From a bacterium (lineage in GTDB: Bacteria; JAHJDO01): a stretch of DNA of 18,002 bases. The notes beneath the pieces are model-generated. The model was not told where the DNA came from and searched no databases. It saw nothing but the letters and a program-made list of their open reading frames with translations. The stretch is taken from contig JBDRTG010000033.1 of assembly GCA_043824255.1 (NCBI GenBank), positions 1 through 18,002 of the forward strand. Reading direction: 5' to 3'. Position numbers and translations under genes: made by a program. Positions 16,427 through 18,002 of the stretch are shown here, piece by piece (position 1 is the first letter of the stretch; every line of letters starts with the position of its first letter).

Positions 16427-17794
16427 TTAAACCAAATATTTCATTAATCCCAATGCCAAACTGAAGTATATGAGCATGCCGGTAATATCATTAGCAGTTG
16501 TTACAAAAGGGCCTGTAGCAATAGCAGGGTCAATGTTAAACTTATTAAATACAAGCGGTATAATTGCTCCTATAGTTGCAGCCACAATAATAGCCATAAA
16601 CATTGAAATAGAAAGAATAAGTCCAAAAACAAGCTGCCCTTGCCATAACACTCCGATAGCTCCTACAACTGCGCCGCATGCAAGCCCCATAATAGCGCCT
16701 ATTTTTATCTCCCTGAAAAGCATTCTCCATATCTTTTTGGTATTTATTATGCCTGTTGCCAATCCTCTCACTACAATTGTGGATGATTGAATCCCAATGT
16801 TTCCTCCCATAGCAGCAATTATTGGTATAAAAAAAGCCAGAGCTATAATTTGTTCCAAAACAAATTTAAATCTGCTTACAACAAGCACACATATTAACTC
16901 CCCTAAAAGAGTTGTAATAAGCCATGGAAGACGTATCTTAGCAACATTGAAAGCAGACTTTGTCAGAAGTTCGTCCTCTGTTGTCCCAACAGACTTATAT
17001 GCATCCTCAGTAGCCTCTTCTCTTATCACGTCAATAATATCATCAACTGTTATTATTCCCAGAAGCCTGTTTGAAGCATCCGTAACAGGAACAGCTAAAA
17101 GATCGTACTTTGCAACTAGATTTGCAACATATTCCTGATCACTGTCAGGCTTTACACTAATAATGTCTGAAATCATCACATTTTTTAATCTTTTATCAGG
17201 ATTTGCCATGATTAACTCTTTTAATGTAACTATTCCGCGAAGATGGTCTTCTCTATCCGTTGTGTATATATAATAACCGGCTTCTGCGTTCATATCTTTT
17301 CGCAGATGCTCTAATACGCTGGCAACTGTAGTATCCTCCTGAAAAGATACAAATTCAGTTGTCATTATTCCACCTGCAGTATCCTTATCATATTGAATTA
17401 ATTCTGCCACTTCTTCTGCTGCTTCTTCTTCTGTCATTTGGGCCAGAACTTTTAGATGCTCTCCTTCTGGAAGATACTGAAGGATATCGGCAGCATTGTC
17501 AGGAGGCATTGTATCAAGCATTTTTGAAAGTTTCATGGGACTCATAGCTTGAACAAGTTTTTTTGCTAACACGGAATCCACTTCATTTAGGACTTCAGCA
17601 GTAACCTCTGGCTTAAGCATATTCAGTATTTTCTGCCCTTCTTCAGCTTCTAAGTGACTGATAACATCAGCCACGTCAGCAGTATGAAGCTTATTTAAAA
17701 ATCTCTGAAGTTTGACGGCAGCATTGCTGCTAAGATAATCCTGAACAATGTTTATAAATCTCTCTATCCTCTTTTCCATAAAACCAATTTCCAC
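16427..17794 (-). CDS. mgtE: Magnesium transporter MgtE
   Basis: MgtE N domain, CBS pair ([16 protein letters not shown]), TM motifs [28 protein letters not shown]. Alternative ATG at 17779. Confidence 0.97.
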   Translation of the reverse strand: MEIGFMEKRIERFINIVQDYLSSNAAVKLQRFLNKLHTADVADVISHLEAEEGQKILNMLKPEVTAEVLNEVDSVLAKKLVQAMSPMKLSKMLDTMPPDNAADILQYLPEGEHLKVLAQMTEEEAAEEVAELIQYDKDTAGGIMTTEFVSFQEDTTVASVLEHLRKDMNAEAGYYIYTTDREDHLRGIVTLKELIMANPDKRLKNVMISDIISVKPDSDQEYVANLVAKYDLLAVPVTDASNRLLGIITVDDIIDVIREEATEDAYKSVGTTEDELLTKSAFNVAKIRLPWLITTLLGELICVLVVSRFKFVLEQIIALAFFIPIIAAMGGNIGIQSSTIVVRGLATGIINTKKIWRMLFREIKIGAIMGLACGAVVGAIGVLWQGQLVFGLILSISMFMAIIVAATIGAIIPLVFNKFNIDPAIATGPFVTTANDITGMLIYFSLALGLMKYLV

Positions 17795-17820
17795 ACGCTC
17801 TATTCACTTAGCATTGAGGC

Positions 17821-17850
17821 ATTATAGCAATGGAGAAGCAATAAAGTCAA
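17821..17850 (-). promoter_or_regulatory. Sigma70 promoter of the mgtE-leuCD operon
   Basis: Minus strand TTGACT (17850-17845), 18 bp ending in TGC, TATAAT (17826-17821). Confidence 0.7.
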
Positions 17851-17863
17851 AGGGATTTAGAAC

Positions 17864-18002
17864 TGTAATACCAAAATGATAATGTCCTAATTAGCCAAAA
17901 TAGAAATGTCCGCTTTTAAGGAAGCTATAATACCCGATTTGAGAGGAGGGTATTATGGCAGAAAGGGACATAATCATGGCGAGTCAAAGGGAATTAAAGC
18001 GT
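17864..18002 (+). mobile_element. Left end of an IS1202/ISNCY-like insertion sequence
   Basis: Begins 5'-TGT. Two 17-bp imperfect direct repeats, CCAAAATGATAATGTCC (17871-17887) and CCAAAATAGAAATGTCC (17895-17911). TATAAT at 17926-17931, RBS GGAGG, then a transposase-like start. Confidence 0.75.
17955..18002 (+). CDS. Transposase N-terminus (partial, runs off the window)
   Basis: MAERDIIMASQRELKR behind a strong RBS. Resembles the 'DII.MS..ELKR' start of ISNCY/IS1202-type transposases (recalled). Confidence 0.7.
   Translation, partial: MAERDIIMASQRELKR

Noticed and set aside
423..17547. Many short antisense or alternate-frame ORFs (e.g. 8312..8602, 8969..9340, 12994..13500, 14151..14639)
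   Set aside because: They lie on top of well-supported genes, mostly as antisense shadows, and show no motifs.
17795..17863. M-box (Mg2+) riboswitch upstream of mgtE
   Set aside because: The predicted 5' UTR is only about 20-35 nt, far too short.
1..18002. Composite transposon formed by the two edge IS fragments
   Set aside because: The two ends share no visible sequence and enclose core housekeeping genes. Independent insertions or assembly breaks at repeats are more likely.

Overview
AT-rich bacterial chromosomal window dominated by housekeeping genes. The long minus-strand run is mgtE-leuC-leuD-cobU-GT4 glycosyltransferase-nadC-birA-coaX-[accessory insert]-UroD/MtaA-like-leuB-asd. The left part holds a heterodimeric ABC exporter pair, an unknown multi-cysteine metal-binding protein and a DUF4404-like gene. 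Main unexpected signals: (1) a ~2.2 kb accessory insert (about 8312-10490) that looks like an integrase-less integron relic. It has a small membrane-protein cassette bounded by an 11-bp inverted repeat containing the R-box core, a decayed 60-bp attC, an attI-like site with a Pc-like promoter, and a SEC-C protein gene behind a second tyrosine-recombinase-like core site. (2) A nested in-frame repeat in nadC: a GC-rich 27-bp palindromic element inside a 7-bp tandem array, with an inverted partner array at the nadC stop. (3) Two promoters with identical leaderless geometry. (4) IS fragments at both window edges that the ORF track does not show. No rRNA, tRNA or CRISPR array was seen. All calls come from reading motifs by eye, with no database searches.
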